A stretch of DNA of 63,902 nt, the filler included. It is 5 parts of 5 records of this genome, joined end to end, with 100 filler letters (N's around TTAATTAATTAA, not from the genome) between each part and the next. Parts side by side here need not be neighbours in the genome. Positions count along the whole stretch, not along the records: positions 40,666 to 58,007 come from SRR20825019_1383; positions 58,108 to 63,902 come from SRR20825019_1408; 3 more parts are not named here. One strand, written 5' to 3'. The translations under genes were made by a program, and so were the position numbers. The notes beneath the pieces were generated by a model. That model ran no database searches. It saw only the letters and a list, made by a program, of their open reading frames with translations, and was not told where the DNA came from. Below are positions 51,458-60,758 of the stretch, piece by piece. Positions within the stretch are counted from its first letter, which is position 1; each line of letters starts with the position of its first letter.

Positions 51458-52666
51458 ATGGCAAACGCCGCAGACTTCATCGCCACCGAACAGCGCCTCG
51501 GTGCGCACAATTACAAGCCGCTGGACGTGGTGCTGTCCCGAGGCGAAGGCGTGCATGTCTGGGATGTGGACGGCAAACAGTATCTCGATTGCCTCTCCGC
51601 CTATTCGGCGGTCAATCAGGGCCACTGCCACCCGAAGATCTTCGAGGCGATGGTCGAACAGGCCAAACGCATCACCCTGACCTCCCGCGCCTTCCACAAT
51701 GATCAGCTCGCCGGTTTCTACGAGGACATCGCCCGGCTCACCGGCTCCCACAAGGTGCTGCCGATGAATTCCGGGGCGGAAGCGGTCGAGTCCGCCATCA
51801 AGGCCGTACGCAAATGGGGCTATGAGCAGAAGGGCGTCGAGGAGAACCAGGCCGAGATCATCGTCTTCTCCAACAACTTCCACGGCCGCACCATCGGCGT
51901 TGTCGGCTTCTCCACAGACCCCGTCGCACGCGGCGGCTTCGGCCCGTTCGCGCCGGGCTTCCGGGTGGTCAAGTTCGGTGATATCAAGGCTTTCGAAGAG
52001 GCCATCACGAAGAACACGGTTGCCGTGCTGATCGAGCCGATCCAGGGCGAGGCCGGCGTGATCATTCCGCCCGCAGGCTATCTGAAGCGGATGCGGGCGC
52101 TCTGCACCGAGCACAACATCACGCTGATCCTGGACGAGATCCAGTCCGGCCTCGGCCGTACCGGCAAGATGCTGGCGGAAGAGCATGAAGGGATCGAGGC
52201 GGACGTGACACTGGTCGGCAAGGCGCTGTCCGGCGGCTTCTACCCGGTCTCCGCCGTGCTTTCGAACACCGAGGTCCTCGGCGTGCTGCAGCCGGGCCAG
52301 CATGGCTCCACCTTCGGCGGCAACCCGCTGGCCTGTGCCATCGCCCGGGCTGCGCTCGATGTGCTGGTCAGCGAAGGCATGATCGAGAATTCCGCCGAGC
52401 AAGGTGCCTATTTCAAGGCAGGCCTCGAAGACATCCGCTCCAACGCGGTGAAGGAAATCCGGGGACGCGGCCTGATGCTGGCGGTCGAGTTGCAGCCCGA
52501 AGCGGGCGGTGCCAAGAAATACTGCGAGGCCTTGAAGGAGCGCGGCATTCTGGCGAAAGACACGCACGAACATTCCATCCGCATCGCCCCGCCGCTGGTG
52601 ATTACACGAGATCAGGTCGACTGGGCGCTGGAGCGCTTCCAGGACGTGCTGACCAATCTGCACTGA
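51458..52666 (+). CDS. rocD: Ornithine--oxo-acid transaminase
   Basis: [32 protein letters not shown] and GKALSGG motifs. Confidence 0.95.
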   Translation: MANAADFIATEQRLGAHNYKPLDVVLSRGEGVHVWDVDGKQYLDCLSAYSAVNQGHCHPKIFEAMVEQAKRITLTSRAFHNDQLAGFYEDIARLTGSHKVLPMNSGAEAVESAIKAVRKWGYEQKGVEENQAEIIVFSNNFHGRTIGVVGFSTDPVARGGFGPFAPGFRVVKFGDIKAFEEAITKNTVAVLIEPIQGEAGVIIPPAGYLKRMRALCTEHNITLILDEIQSGLGRTGKMLAEEHEGIEADVTLVGKALSGGFYPVSAVLSNTEVLGVLQPGQHGSTFGGNPLACAIARAALDVLVSEGMIENSAEQGAYFKAGLEDIRSNAVKEIRGRGLMLAVELQPEAGGAKKYCEALKERGILAKDTHEHSIRIAPPLVITRDQVDWALERFQDVLTNLH

Positions 52667-52683
52667 ATAATAATCCAGTCATA

Positions 52684-52723
52684 CGCCAGCATCCGGAGCC
52701 CGAAGAGATCCGGCTCCGGATGC
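52684..52723 (-). repeat. Displaced copy of the glk 3' region, containing a perfect 12-bp inverted repeat
   Basis: 36/40 nt identical to 54122-54161; encodes HPEPDLFGLRMLA versus HPEPGLFGLRMLA. Confidence 0.85.
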
Positions 52724-52755
52724 AAAAGCAGTCACGGGTGCTGAAGGCTCGTTAC

Positions 52756-53319
52756 CTAAGCCGGAAGAAGTCCCGCCGCACGATAGCTGTCGATCATCCC
52801 GTCAAAAAGCGAGATATCCGAACGGCTTCGTGCCATCAGCTGCGCACCTGCAATGGCTGCGAAGATGGCGCCTGCACGCTGGTCGCACTCCTCAGAAGTG
52901 CCTATACCGGCTGATGACAAGACCTTGCTAAGCCATCCCACATGGACATCTGCAAAATGCTGCACCTCTTTTTTCACGAGGTCGGGCAGGTCGTCATATT
53001 CCGCGGCCATGAAGCTGCACAAGCACATGCGATTGCCATTTTCCAGCGCCCAGCGGAACGTCACAGGATATTTACGAAGACAGTGCAAAGGCTCCGGAAA
53101 CTCGGCTGACATCGCCTCCAGATAAGCCGCCGAGTCCTCCCAATAGCGCCGGGCCACTGCGACCGCGAGATCCGCTTTGCTTGGAAAATGATAATAGATG
53201 CTCGCGGCCTTGATACCGACTTCAGCCGCCAGTTCACGAAAATTCAACCCGCCGTAACCATGCGCCTGCGCAGTCTTTTTGGCTGCTGCCAGGATCGCTT
53301 CCTTAGCGTTCTCGCCCAT
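52756..53319 (-). CDS. TetR regulator
   Basis: GLNFRELAAEVGIKAASIYYHFPSK; MCLC motif. Confidence 0.9.
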   Translation of the reverse strand: MGENAKEAILAAAKKTAQAHGYGGLNFRELAAEVGIKAASIYYHFPSKADLAVAVARRYWEDSAAYLEAMSAEFPEPLHCLRKYPVTFRWALENGNRMCLCSFMAAEYDDLPDLVKKEVQHFADVHVGWLSKVLSSAGIGTSEECDQRAGAIFAAIAGAQLMARSRSDISLFDGMIDSYRAAGLLPA

Positions 53320-53347
53320 ATCCCGCCTCATCAAAGCATTCTGAATT

Positions 53348-53418
53348 CTACCAAGTGATAGATAGCCATTGACCGAATGGATTAATAGCTTATGACTTAC
53401 CTACCAATTGACAGGTAG
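53348..53418. promoter_or_regulatory. Two operator boxes (CTACC-N8-GrTAG) in the divergent tetR/gst spacer
   Basis: ctaccaagtgatagatag at 53348 and ctaccaattgacaggtag at 53401. Confidence 0.6.
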
Positions 53419-53428
53419 AGAATTGATC

Positions 53429-54082
53429 ATGAAAATTTACGACTGGCACACCGGCCCTTATCCGGCGCGCGTGCGGATCGCTCTGGCCGAGAAAAACCTG
53501 CAGCCGCTCGTCACCTTCGTATCGGTCAACCTTTGGAAAGGTGAGCACAAGACGCCGGAATTTCTGGCGAAGAACTACTCCGGCACCTTACCGGTGCTTG
53601 AACTCGAAGACGGGAGCTTCATTGCGGAATGCACCGCCATCACGGAATATCTAGACGCGCTTGAAGGCCTTCCGACACTCACAGGCAGGACCCCGCGCGA
53701 AAAAGGCATGATCCACATGATGAGCAAGCGTGCGGAGCTGGAACTGCTCGATGCCATAAGTGTTTATTTCCATAATGGCACGCCCGGGCTTGGACCCGAT
53801 GTCGAGATTTATCAAAACCCGGAATGGGGTTTCCGCCAGCGCGACAAAGCCATAAGAGGCATGCACTATTTCAACGACGTCCTGGAAAAACAGCCCTTTG
53901 TCGCTGGCGATGTCTTCTCGATGGCCGATATCACGACAATAGGCGGTCTGATCTTTGCCGAGCTCGTGGATGTGCCGGTGCCACAGGAATGCGGCGCTCT
54001 CCGGGCCTGGTACGCGAGAATGCAGGAGCGTCCGAGCGTAAGGAACCGGGTGACGATGTCAGAATTGACCGAAGAGGCATGA
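53429..54082 (+). CDS. Glutathione S-transferase family protein
   Basis: GPYPARVRIALAEK, GTLPVLEL...IAECTAITEYL and FSMADI motifs. Confidence 0.88.
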   Translation: MKIYDWHTGPYPARVRIALAEKNLQPLVTFVSVNLWKGEHKTPEFLAKNYSGTLPVLELEDGSFIAECTAITEYLDALEGLPTLTGRTPREKGMIHMMSKRAELELLDAISVYFHNGTPGLGPDVEIYQNPEWGFRQRDKAIRGMHYFNDVLEKQPFVAGDVFSMADITTIGGLIFAELVDVPVPQECGALRAWYARMQERPSVRNRVTMSELTEEA

Positions 54083-54100
54083 CGCATCGGCCACCATTCA

Positions 54101-55060
54101 CTAAGTGAGAGACGAGCCACGCGCCAGCATCCGGAGCCCGAACAGCCCCGGTTCCGGATGCCGGATGCGATAAACAGGGATAGCGGCAAGATAATCCACC
54201 ATCCGGGCATTCGCAGTGAAACGGTCCCGGAACAGATCCTCCCGGAAAGTGGCACCTGCATGTCCCAGCACGCCGCCGGTCAGATAGACGCCACCGCGTG
54301 CCCCCACGGTCAGTGCCGCATTCGCGGCAACCGCCCCCAGGAGCCCGGAGAACCGGTCCAGCACCTCGCGGGCGACCGGGCAAGCGTCCCCGGTCAGCCG
54401 GGCCATGACATCGGCACCGGTCTCGACCCGCTCCGCCACCCCGTCCCGCTCCGCGATGGCATTGAACAAAGCCGCCAGCCCTGAGCCGGACAGCACCTCT
54501 TCCGCTGAAACCGGCACCGTGCCGTGCTTCAGCCGGTGCATCAGATCCGCTTCTTCCGCATCGCAGACCGGCAGGCTGACATGCCCGCCTTCCCCGTCCA
54601 GCACGGACCAGCGATCTTCCGACGGCACCGCGATCCCGACACCAAGCCCCGTCCCGGGACCGAGCACCAGCTTGGGCGCATCCGGCCGCGCCGTGCCGTC
54701 CTTGACCAGTTCAAGATCAGGACCGTCCAGATATGGCAGGCCGGACGCGACCGCCGAGAAATCGTTCAGCAGATCGAACCGGCTCCAGCCGTAGCGTCCC
54801 GCGACAGCCTGCCGGGAGAAGCTCCAGGGGCAGTTGGTCAGGGTAAAGAGGTCGCCGGAAACAGGACCGGCTACGGCGAGAATGGCCCCGGTCGGGCGAC
54901 GAGTGGGCGGGAGCCCGTTCAGATAAGCGTCGAGCGCGGCTTCCAGCCCGTCATGCTCTGCCGTCAGAAAACGGGCCTCGGCCTCAAGCGCGCTGCCATC
55001 GGTCAGTGCCAGCCGCAAATTCGTGCCGCCGAGATCGCCAATCAGTGTCCTTGCCGTCAT
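54101..55060 (-). CDS. glk: Glucokinase
   Basis: GDLGGTNLR, LNDF, GPGTGLG, GEGGH, SAEEVLSG and GGVYLTGG motifs. Confidence 0.92.
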   Translation of the reverse strand: MTARTLIGDLGGTNLRLALTDGSALEAEARFLTAEHDGLEAALDAYLNGLPPTRRPTGAILAVAGPVSGDLFTLTNCPWSFSRQAVAGRYGWSRFDLLNDFSAVASGLPYLDGPDLELVKDGTARPDAPKLVLGPGTGLGVGIAVPSEDRWSVLDGEGGHVSLPVCDAEEADLMHRLKHGTVPVSAEEVLSGSGLAALFNAIAERDGVAERVETGADVMARLTGDACPVAREVLDRFSGLLGAVAANAALTVGARGGVYLTGGVLGHAGATFREDLFRDRFTANARMVDYLAAIPVYRIRHPEPGLFGLRMLARGSSLT

Positions 55061-55100
55061 CCGCACCTCTGAGAGCCACTCTCATGGGGTACCGGAAGAG

Positions 55101-55185
55101 GCAGTCCCGCGCAACCGGGCGGGCTTGCGGCTCGACCTGCCTGCCCCTCGAAGGTAGGTTCTTACCCGGTTGGATCGCGTACTGC
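55101..55185 (+). ncRNA. Candidate structured RNA (three-way junction) upstream of the radical SAM gene
   Basis: Manual fold: caaccggg/cccggttg closing stem enclosing two hairpins. Confidence 0.3.
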
Positions 55186-55258
55186 TGACGGAGGCGTGAT
55201 TTCACACGCGGTGCCGGAACAGGCATATGCATCACCAGATGCAAGCGGGAAAAAGCTA

Positions 55259-56329
55259 ATGGAAAGTATCTATTACGTCCTCTCATGGGCCTGTCACCGG
55301 CGATGCAAGCATTGCTACGAGGACAAGTTCCGGCCCTATGTCCGCGACGAGCTGAAAGCGGTCGTCAGTGCGGCAGAAGAGAATTTCCCCCGCATCATCG
55401 CGAACCTGCCTGAACGGCTGACCTATCTCGACCTGCAACAACCGGACGACAACGCGCCGGGCGGTTATGTCGAGCGGAACAGCCGGATCATCGTCTCCGG
55501 CGGAGAAGTGCTGATCGATCCCGTGCGGGAGAATATTCTTTATCCCGCGCTGGAAATGATCCGGGACAAGTACAAGGCACAGGGCGGCGTCCGTCTGGTC
55601 GTACAGACCACGGGTGACCTGCTCACCGAAAAGATCATCGGCGAGTTGCTGGAACGCGGGATCTACATGATCTCGGTCGCCGGGATGGACGATTTTCATG
55701 TCGGCATGGAGGGCGAGAAGCGGGTTCCGCTGCAGGAACGGCTGACCCAGTGGTTCAAGGCCGCGGGCATGCGCGATTTCGTGCATGAGCCGTCCGAACG
55801 GGCCTGGGACGATGACGGACCGGCCTTTTCCTTCTTTGGTGCCACGGAGGATGCCTGGATCGGCAAGATCTGGCCACGCGGCCGGGCCTGGAAGAACGGC
55901 CTCTCCAAGGCGACCATCAATGACAATTTCTGCAATGTCTGGTCCGGTGGCCTGAATTTCCTGAACCGGCGCTATTCCGGCTCGGAAGTGTCCATCGATC
56001 CGAACGGTGACGTTTTCCCGTGCTGCCTGAAAACCAAGGCGCCGCTCGGCAACCTGACGGAAGAGCCGCTGGAAGACATCATCGACAGCCTGGTCGGCCA
56101 TCCGGCCTTCGAGGCGATCTCGATGGGCCACCCTGAACGCATGGGCATCGCCCACGGCTGGGATGTCGAAACCTTCCTGAAGAAATCGGAAACCATCACC
56201 GTGAAAGGTGAGCCCTACCGCAATCTCTGCATCGGCTGCGACCGGTTCCATACCGAAGTGCTGGCAGACGTTCTGGAAGAAGCCCGGCAGCAACGCCTCA
56301 GCGGCCGCTCAAGGGATGCGGCGGAGTAA
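55259..56329 (+). CDS. Radical SAM protein with SPASM/twitch-like C-terminus
   Basis: CHRRCKHC (CX3CX2C), SGGE, NFC...IDPNGDVFPCC...CIGC. Confidence 0.88.
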   Translation: MESIYYVLSWACHRRCKHCYEDKFRPYVRDELKAVVSAAEENFPRIIANLPERLTYLDLQQPDDNAPGGYVERNSRIIVSGGEVLIDPVRENILYPALEMIRDKYKAQGGVRLVVQTTGDLLTEKIIGELLERGIYMISVAGMDDFHVGMEGEKRVPLQERLTQWFKAAGMRDFVHEPSERAWDDDGPAFSFFGATEDAWIGKIWPRGRAWKNGLSKATINDNFCNVWSGGLNFLNRRYSGSEVSIDPNGDVFPCCLKTKAPLGNLTEEPLEDIIDSLVGHPAFEAISMGHPERMGIAHGWDVETFLKKSETITVKGEPYRNLCIGCDRFHTEVLADVLEEARQQRLSGRSRDAAE

Positions 56330-56341
56330 GTAGCGCACCGG

Positions 56342-57382
56342 TCAGATGATCTCGTCCTCGTCGAACATCGGATCCGCCTCGACTTGTGTGGCAAGGCGAT
56401 CGATTGTCGTCTCTGCTTTGTGGCGGCTGGTCTCCGCAATGTGAAACAGGGCGTCGCCCTCATTCAGCACCGGCAGGTTGGTGCGCCCGATGATGATCCC
56501 GGCGGTTTCCGCCAGAACCTGCGTTTCGACCTCTCCGAAGGGGTCGGCGATGACGCCAAGAAGATCCCCCTCGGTGACATATTCACTCGTCCCCTTGAAT
56601 GCCCGGAGAAGCCCCCCGGCCGGAGCCCGCGTCCAGGAACTGTTCGAGGCTTCGACCGAGCGTTCACGGGGTTTCGAGACGCCACGCGCCCCGATCATCG
56701 ACATTTCCTGCATAACCCGAAGGATACCGGTCACTCCGACCCGCGCCGACTGTTCGTCGAACCGCAGTCCTTCGCCCGCTTCATAAAGCAGCATGTCGAT
56801 GCCCCGCACCTTCGCCGCCGCCCGCAGCGAGCCGTCCCGCAATTTCGCCCGGATAATCACGGGCGCGCCGAAGGCATAGGCATAAGCCATCGTCTCGGCA
56901 TGCGTCGGCGAGATCCGGATCTGCGGCATGTTGGTGCGGTGAATGGCCGCTGAATGAAGGTCGATCCCGAGATCGGACCGCTCCACCACTTCCGTCATGA
57001 AGAGATGCGCCAAACGCCCCGCAAGCGAGCCTTTCTCGCCACCGGGGAAACTGCGGTTCAGATCGCGCCGGTCCGGCATATAGCGGGAATGGTTGAGGAA
57101 CCCGAACGTGTTGACGATCGGAACAACGAGCAACGTTCCGCTGATGCTGTTTACCTGCGAAGAGCGCAGCAACCGGCGGGCAATCTCCACCCCGATCACC
57201 TCGTCGCCATGCACGGCGGCACTGACGAACAGGGTCGGGCCGGGACGGCGGCCATGGATGACATGGACCGACAGATGTACCGGCGTGTTATCCGACAGCA
57301 CACTGACCGGGATATCGACTGTCTGGCGCGTGCCCGGGGCAACCGAAACCCCGCCAATGACGAAATCCGGCCGTTTGGCCAT
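56342..57382 (-). CDS. Succinylglutamate desuccinylase/aspartoacylase (M14) family protein
   Basis: AAVHGDE, DLNRSFPG and IDLH motifs; adjacent to rimK. Confidence 0.9.
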   Translation of the reverse strand: MAKRPDFVIGGVSVAPGTRQTVDIPVSVLSDNTPVHLSVHVIHGRRPGPTLFVSAAVHGDEVIGVEIARRLLRSSQVNSISGTLLVVPIVNTFGFLNHSRYMPDRRDLNRSFPGGEKGSLAGRLAHLFMTEVVERSDLGIDLHSAAIHRTNMPQIRISPTHAETMAYAYAFGAPVIIRAKLRDGSLRAAAKVRGIDMLLYEAGEGLRFDEQSARVGVTGILRVMQEMSMIGARGVSKPRERSVEASNSSWTRAPAGGLLRAFKGTSEYVTEGDLLGVIADPFGEVETQVLAETAGIIIGRTNLPVLNEGDALFHIAETSRHKAETTIDRLATQVEADPMFDEDEII

Positions 57383-58007
57383 CAGCCCTTGCCCTTTGTC
57401 TTGGTCTTGCCGGCCTTCGCGCGGGCTTCAATATGTTCGATGATCTTGCCGGCAACGTCGATGCCGGTCGCCTTCTCCACCCCTTCCAGCCCGGGGGAGG
57501 AATTCACCTCCATCACCACCGGTCCGTGATTGGAGCGCAGCATGTCGACGCCGCAGACATTCAGGCCAAGGGTCTTGGCCGAGCGGATCGCGGTTGCCCG
57601 CTCTTCCGGGCTGATCCGGATCGCCTTGGCGCTGCCACCCCGGTGCAAATTGGACCGGAATTCATCGTCGGCCCCGGTGCGCTGCATGGCCGCGATCACC
57701 TTGCCGCCAACGACCAGGGCACGGATATCTGTACCGCCGGCCTCCTTGATGAATTCCTGCACCAGAATATTAACCCCGGCACCCCGGAAGGCTTCGATCA
57801 CCGATTTGGCGGAACGGTCCGAATCCGCCAGCACGACGCCGATACCCTGGGTGCCTTCCAGCAGCTTGACCACCAGCGGCGCACCACCGGCAAGGCTCAG
57901 CACCTCTTCGGTCTGTTTCGGATCATGGGCGAAGGTGGTGACCGGCAAGCCGATGCCGTCCCGCGCCAGAAGCTGCATCGAGCGCAGCTTGTCGCGGGAG
58001 CGGCCGA
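57382..58007 (-). CDS. rimK: RimK-family alpha-L-glutamate ligase, 5' truncated
   Basis: [31 protein letters not shown] and [10 protein letters not shown] motifs. Confidence 0.93.
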
Positions 58008-58107
58008 NNNNNNNNNNNNNNNNNNNNNNNNNNNNNNNNNNNNNNNNNNNNTTAATTAATTAANNNNNNNNNNNNNNNNNNNNNNNNNNNNNNNNNNNNN
58101 NNNNNNN
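58008..58107. other. Artificial contig linker
   Basis: N44-TTAATTAATTAA-N44. Confidence 0.98.
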
Positions 58108-58499
58108 TGTGCGATGGATTCCGAAATCATCGCAAGGTTCTCCGAAAGCTCAATCCCGAGCGCCTCGGTCACCTGAAAATCCCAGCTTTTTCCGACCATG
58201 CAAACAATCGGCGCGCTTTGGGCCAACGTTGTCAGCCCCGGATCATTGGATGCCGAACGCCCTGCGCGTCGTGTCATGCCAAAGGCGGTCAGTTTCGAAT
58301 TTTTAAGTTTCGGCGGATTGGCAAAGAATGCGTCATCGGTGGGGTTTGCCCCGGGCCAGCCGCCTTCAATATAGTCAATCGACAGCTCGTCCAGCGCCTT
58401 GGCAATTGCGGTTTTGTCCGCTGCCGAAAAATCCACGCCCTGGGTCTGTTGCCCGTCGCGCAAGGTACTGTCGTATAGATAGACGCGCTTGTCTGACAT
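58108..58499 (-). CDS. cimA: Citramalate synthase, 3' truncated
   Basis: LYDSTLRDGQQTQGVDFS...YIEGGWPGANP...GKSWDFQV; lies downstream of cysS. Confidence 0.9.
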
Positions 58500-58686
58500 A
58501 TTCATTCCAAAACTGATCGATCTTGTCTTGTTCCGGCGCTTGCCGGGCGGTCTGGCAAATTGCCGCAAAACCGTCATTTACGCAACCGCATTACAAGACA
58601 TGCCAATTATGCGCTGCTTTTTGCCCGAAATCGCGTAATTACCCACCTTTAGGATAGCAAACCTGTCCCCCTGAATGGTTGTAAAG

Positions 58687-58716
58687 GTATGGTAGTAGTG
58701 ATTAACTCTACCATAC
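58687..58716. promoter_or_regulatory. Operator-like inverted repeat upstream of the orphan small gene
   Basis: gtatggtag-N12-ctaccatac with perfect 9-bp arms. Confidence 0.5.
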
Positions 58717-58782
58717 ATTGTGAGGCGACCGGGAATACACCCCCCCCATTTCTTCGGGCTTCACATGGATGGGGACACCAAA

Positions 58783-59043
58783 ATGGCATTAAAAGCCGCC
58801 GAAGATTTTGACGTTATGCTGCTTGCGGGTCTGACATGGCACCGTGCTGGCAAAAACAGCTGGACGGCGTCTGACCGTTTCGCCGCCTATACGATTTTTC
58901 TCGAACCTGATGACCGGTGGTACGGTCAATGGGAACGCGACGGCGAGAAAATGGCGGCTGACTGGTCCTGTCCCACTCTTGAAACCTTTGCCGAATATAT
59001 GGTCGACAACGCCCGTCGCCAGAATATCGAAGGCATGGATTGA
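58783..59043 (+). CDS. Hypothetical small Trp-rich protein (86 aa)
   Basis: GGGGA RBS, plausible codon usage; no family recognised. Confidence 0.6.
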   Translation: MALKAAEDFDVMLLAGLTWHRAGKNSWTASDRFAAYTIFLEPDDRWYGQWERDGEKMAADWSCPTLETFAEYMVDNARRQNIEGMD

Positions 59044-59152
59044 AATTCGCACCCTGTTGGCCGCGCTGCCATCAGAAGCGTCCCACGTGCACACCCCGAA
59101 ACTCGGATTAGATCGTTGATCGACCTCCCCCCGCCGAGTTGTTGCACATATG

Positions 59153-59187
59153 ACGGCCTGTCTCCCCCGGACAGGCCGTTTCTTTTG
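59153..59187 (+). terminator. Intrinsic terminator with a C-rich loop
   Basis: acggcctgtc-tcccccg-gacaggccgt followed by ttcttttg. Confidence 0.85.
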
Positions 59188-59271
59188 CCGCCCTGCATAT
59201 CTTTCCTTGCGTTTGGCTCCATAGCGCTTATGTCTGGGCCATCCAGATATTCATAAGACAAGGCACAATTC

Positions 59272-59958
59272 ATGAGCAACGGCATCCCGATGCAGATCGA
59301 TATCGTCTCCGACGTTGTCTGCCCCTGGTGCATCATCGGCTATAAAAACCTTGAACAGGCGATGGAACGCCTTGACGGTCAGGTCGACATCAAGCTGCGC
59401 TGGCACCCGTTTGAACTGAATCCAGATATGGGTCCGGAAGGGCAGAACTTGTCAGAACATATCAAGGAAAAATACGGTCTGACCCCGGATCAAAGTGCGG
59501 AAAACCGCGACCGTATTTCGATGATGGGCGAGAATGTCGGCTTTGACATCCGCTTTAGCTCCGACAGCCGCATCTACAATACCTTTGATGCGCACCGGAT
59601 GCTCTATTGGGCGGGCAAAGAAGGCAAACAGACCGAACTGAAACTGGCCCTGTTCCGCGCCTATTTTCAGGAGGGCGAAAACCCCGGCGAACACGGTGTT
59701 CTTAAACGCGCCGCCGAGGAAGTTGGCCTTTCACCGGAAAAGGCAGTCGAAATTCTTGGCAGCGATATGTTCGCCAAGGAAGTCCGCGCCGAAGAAGAAG
59801 AATTCCGCAATGCCGGTATTTCATCGGTTCCAACCTATGTCGTGAACGGTAAATACGCCATTTCCGGCGGCCATCCGCCCGAGGTTTTCGAACAGGCCTT
59901 GTCCGAAATCGCCCGTCAGGTCGAGGTTGCCGACGACGAAGTCATTTTTGACGACTGA
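59272..59958 (+). CDS. DsbA-family (FrnE-like) oxidoreductase
   Basis: SDVVCPWC, PFELNP, NTFDAHR and GISSVP motifs. Confidence 0.9.
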   Translation: MSNGIPMQIDIVSDVVCPWCIIGYKNLEQAMERLDGQVDIKLRWHPFELNPDMGPEGQNLSEHIKEKYGLTPDQSAENRDRISMMGENVGFDIRFSSDSRIYNTFDAHRMLYWAGKEGKQTELKLALFRAYFQEGENPGEHGVLKRAAEEVGLSPEKAVEILGSDMFAKEVRAEEEEFRNAGISSVPTYVVNGKYAISGGHPPEVFEQALSEIARQVEVADDEVIFDD

Positions 59959-59982
59959 TACCGTCATCGGATATGATCATCC

Positions 59983-60015
59983 AAAGCCCCGGTTGCCTCT
60001 CGCACCGGGGCTTTT
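59983..60015 (+). terminator. Intrinsic terminator after the DsbA-family gene
   Basis: aaagccccggt-N10-accggggctttt. Confidence 0.8.
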
Positions 60016-60104
60016 GCATTCTCGACAGAACCACAACCGGGGCGTACAGTTTTCATGCCGCCACCACGGCATGTTTGCCACCATGTTTGACAAAGGATCG
60101 CCCT

Positions 60105-60758
60105 ATGATCGACTTTGCCGATATCGCCCCTTATCTGCCGGGAATATTTCTGGCCTACGCGGCCCTTCTGATGGGCCTGATCAGCCCCGGCCCTGCCTTG
60201 CTGGGTCTGATGGGGGTCTCACTTGAACGCGGGCGCCGTGCGGGTCATTGCTTTGCCATCGGGATCGGGGCCGGATCGCTTTGCATTGGCATTCTGACCC
60301 TGACCGGCCTTTCTGCCCTTCTGGCAAGCTGGGCTGATGCCATGACCGTCATTCGTATTGCCGGCGGGATTTATCTTTTGTGGATGGCTTTCAAAGCCTT
60401 TCGTTCTGCGTTCCGCCCTGTGCAACCGGCCAGTGATGCCATTGCGCGCGACGACAAAGCCATCTCGCCGGTCGGGTATTTCGGCCGGGGACTCGGTCTT
60501 CACCTGACCAATCCCAAGGCAATTCTGACATGGATTGCCATCATCTCCATCGGCTTTGCCGATGGCACACCGATTTGGGTGGGGTGGGTGATCGTAATCG
60601 GCTGCGGCACGATTTCAACACTTGTGCATTTCGCCTATGCCACCGCCTTTTCGACCGCACCAGCCATTTCGCTTTATCGCCGCGCGGCGCGCTGGATTAA
60701 TGGTTTGCTTGGCGTGTTCTTTGCCGCGGTTGGCATTCGCCTGCTTGCCGGGCGCTAG
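60105..60758 (+). CDS. LysE/RhtB translocator
   Basis: SPGP, GGIYLLWMA, LTNPKA and RWINGLLG motifs. Confidence 0.9.
   Translation: MIDFADIAPYLPGIFLAYAALLMGLISPGPALLGLMGVSLERGRRAGHCFAIGIGAGSLCIGILTLTGLSALLASWADAMTVIRIAGGIYLLWMAFKAFRSAFRPVQPASDAIARDDKAISPVGYFGRGLGLHLTNPKAILTWIAIISIGFADGTPIWVGWVIVIGCGTISTLVHFAYATAFSTAPAISLYRRAARWINGLLGVFFAAVGIRLLAGR

Noticed and set aside
55090-55190. tRNA-Sec, SRP RNA, or TPP/cobalamin riboswitch
   Set aside because: No UCA anticodon or T-loop, no SRP GGAA/AGCAG motif, and no CUGAGA or B12-box
56342-58007. RimK plus M14 peptidase (with the radical SAM gene) as a RiPP cluster
   Set aside because: rimK with an AstE/AspA-family gene is a widespread pair, the radical SAM gene is convergent, and no precursor peptide is seen
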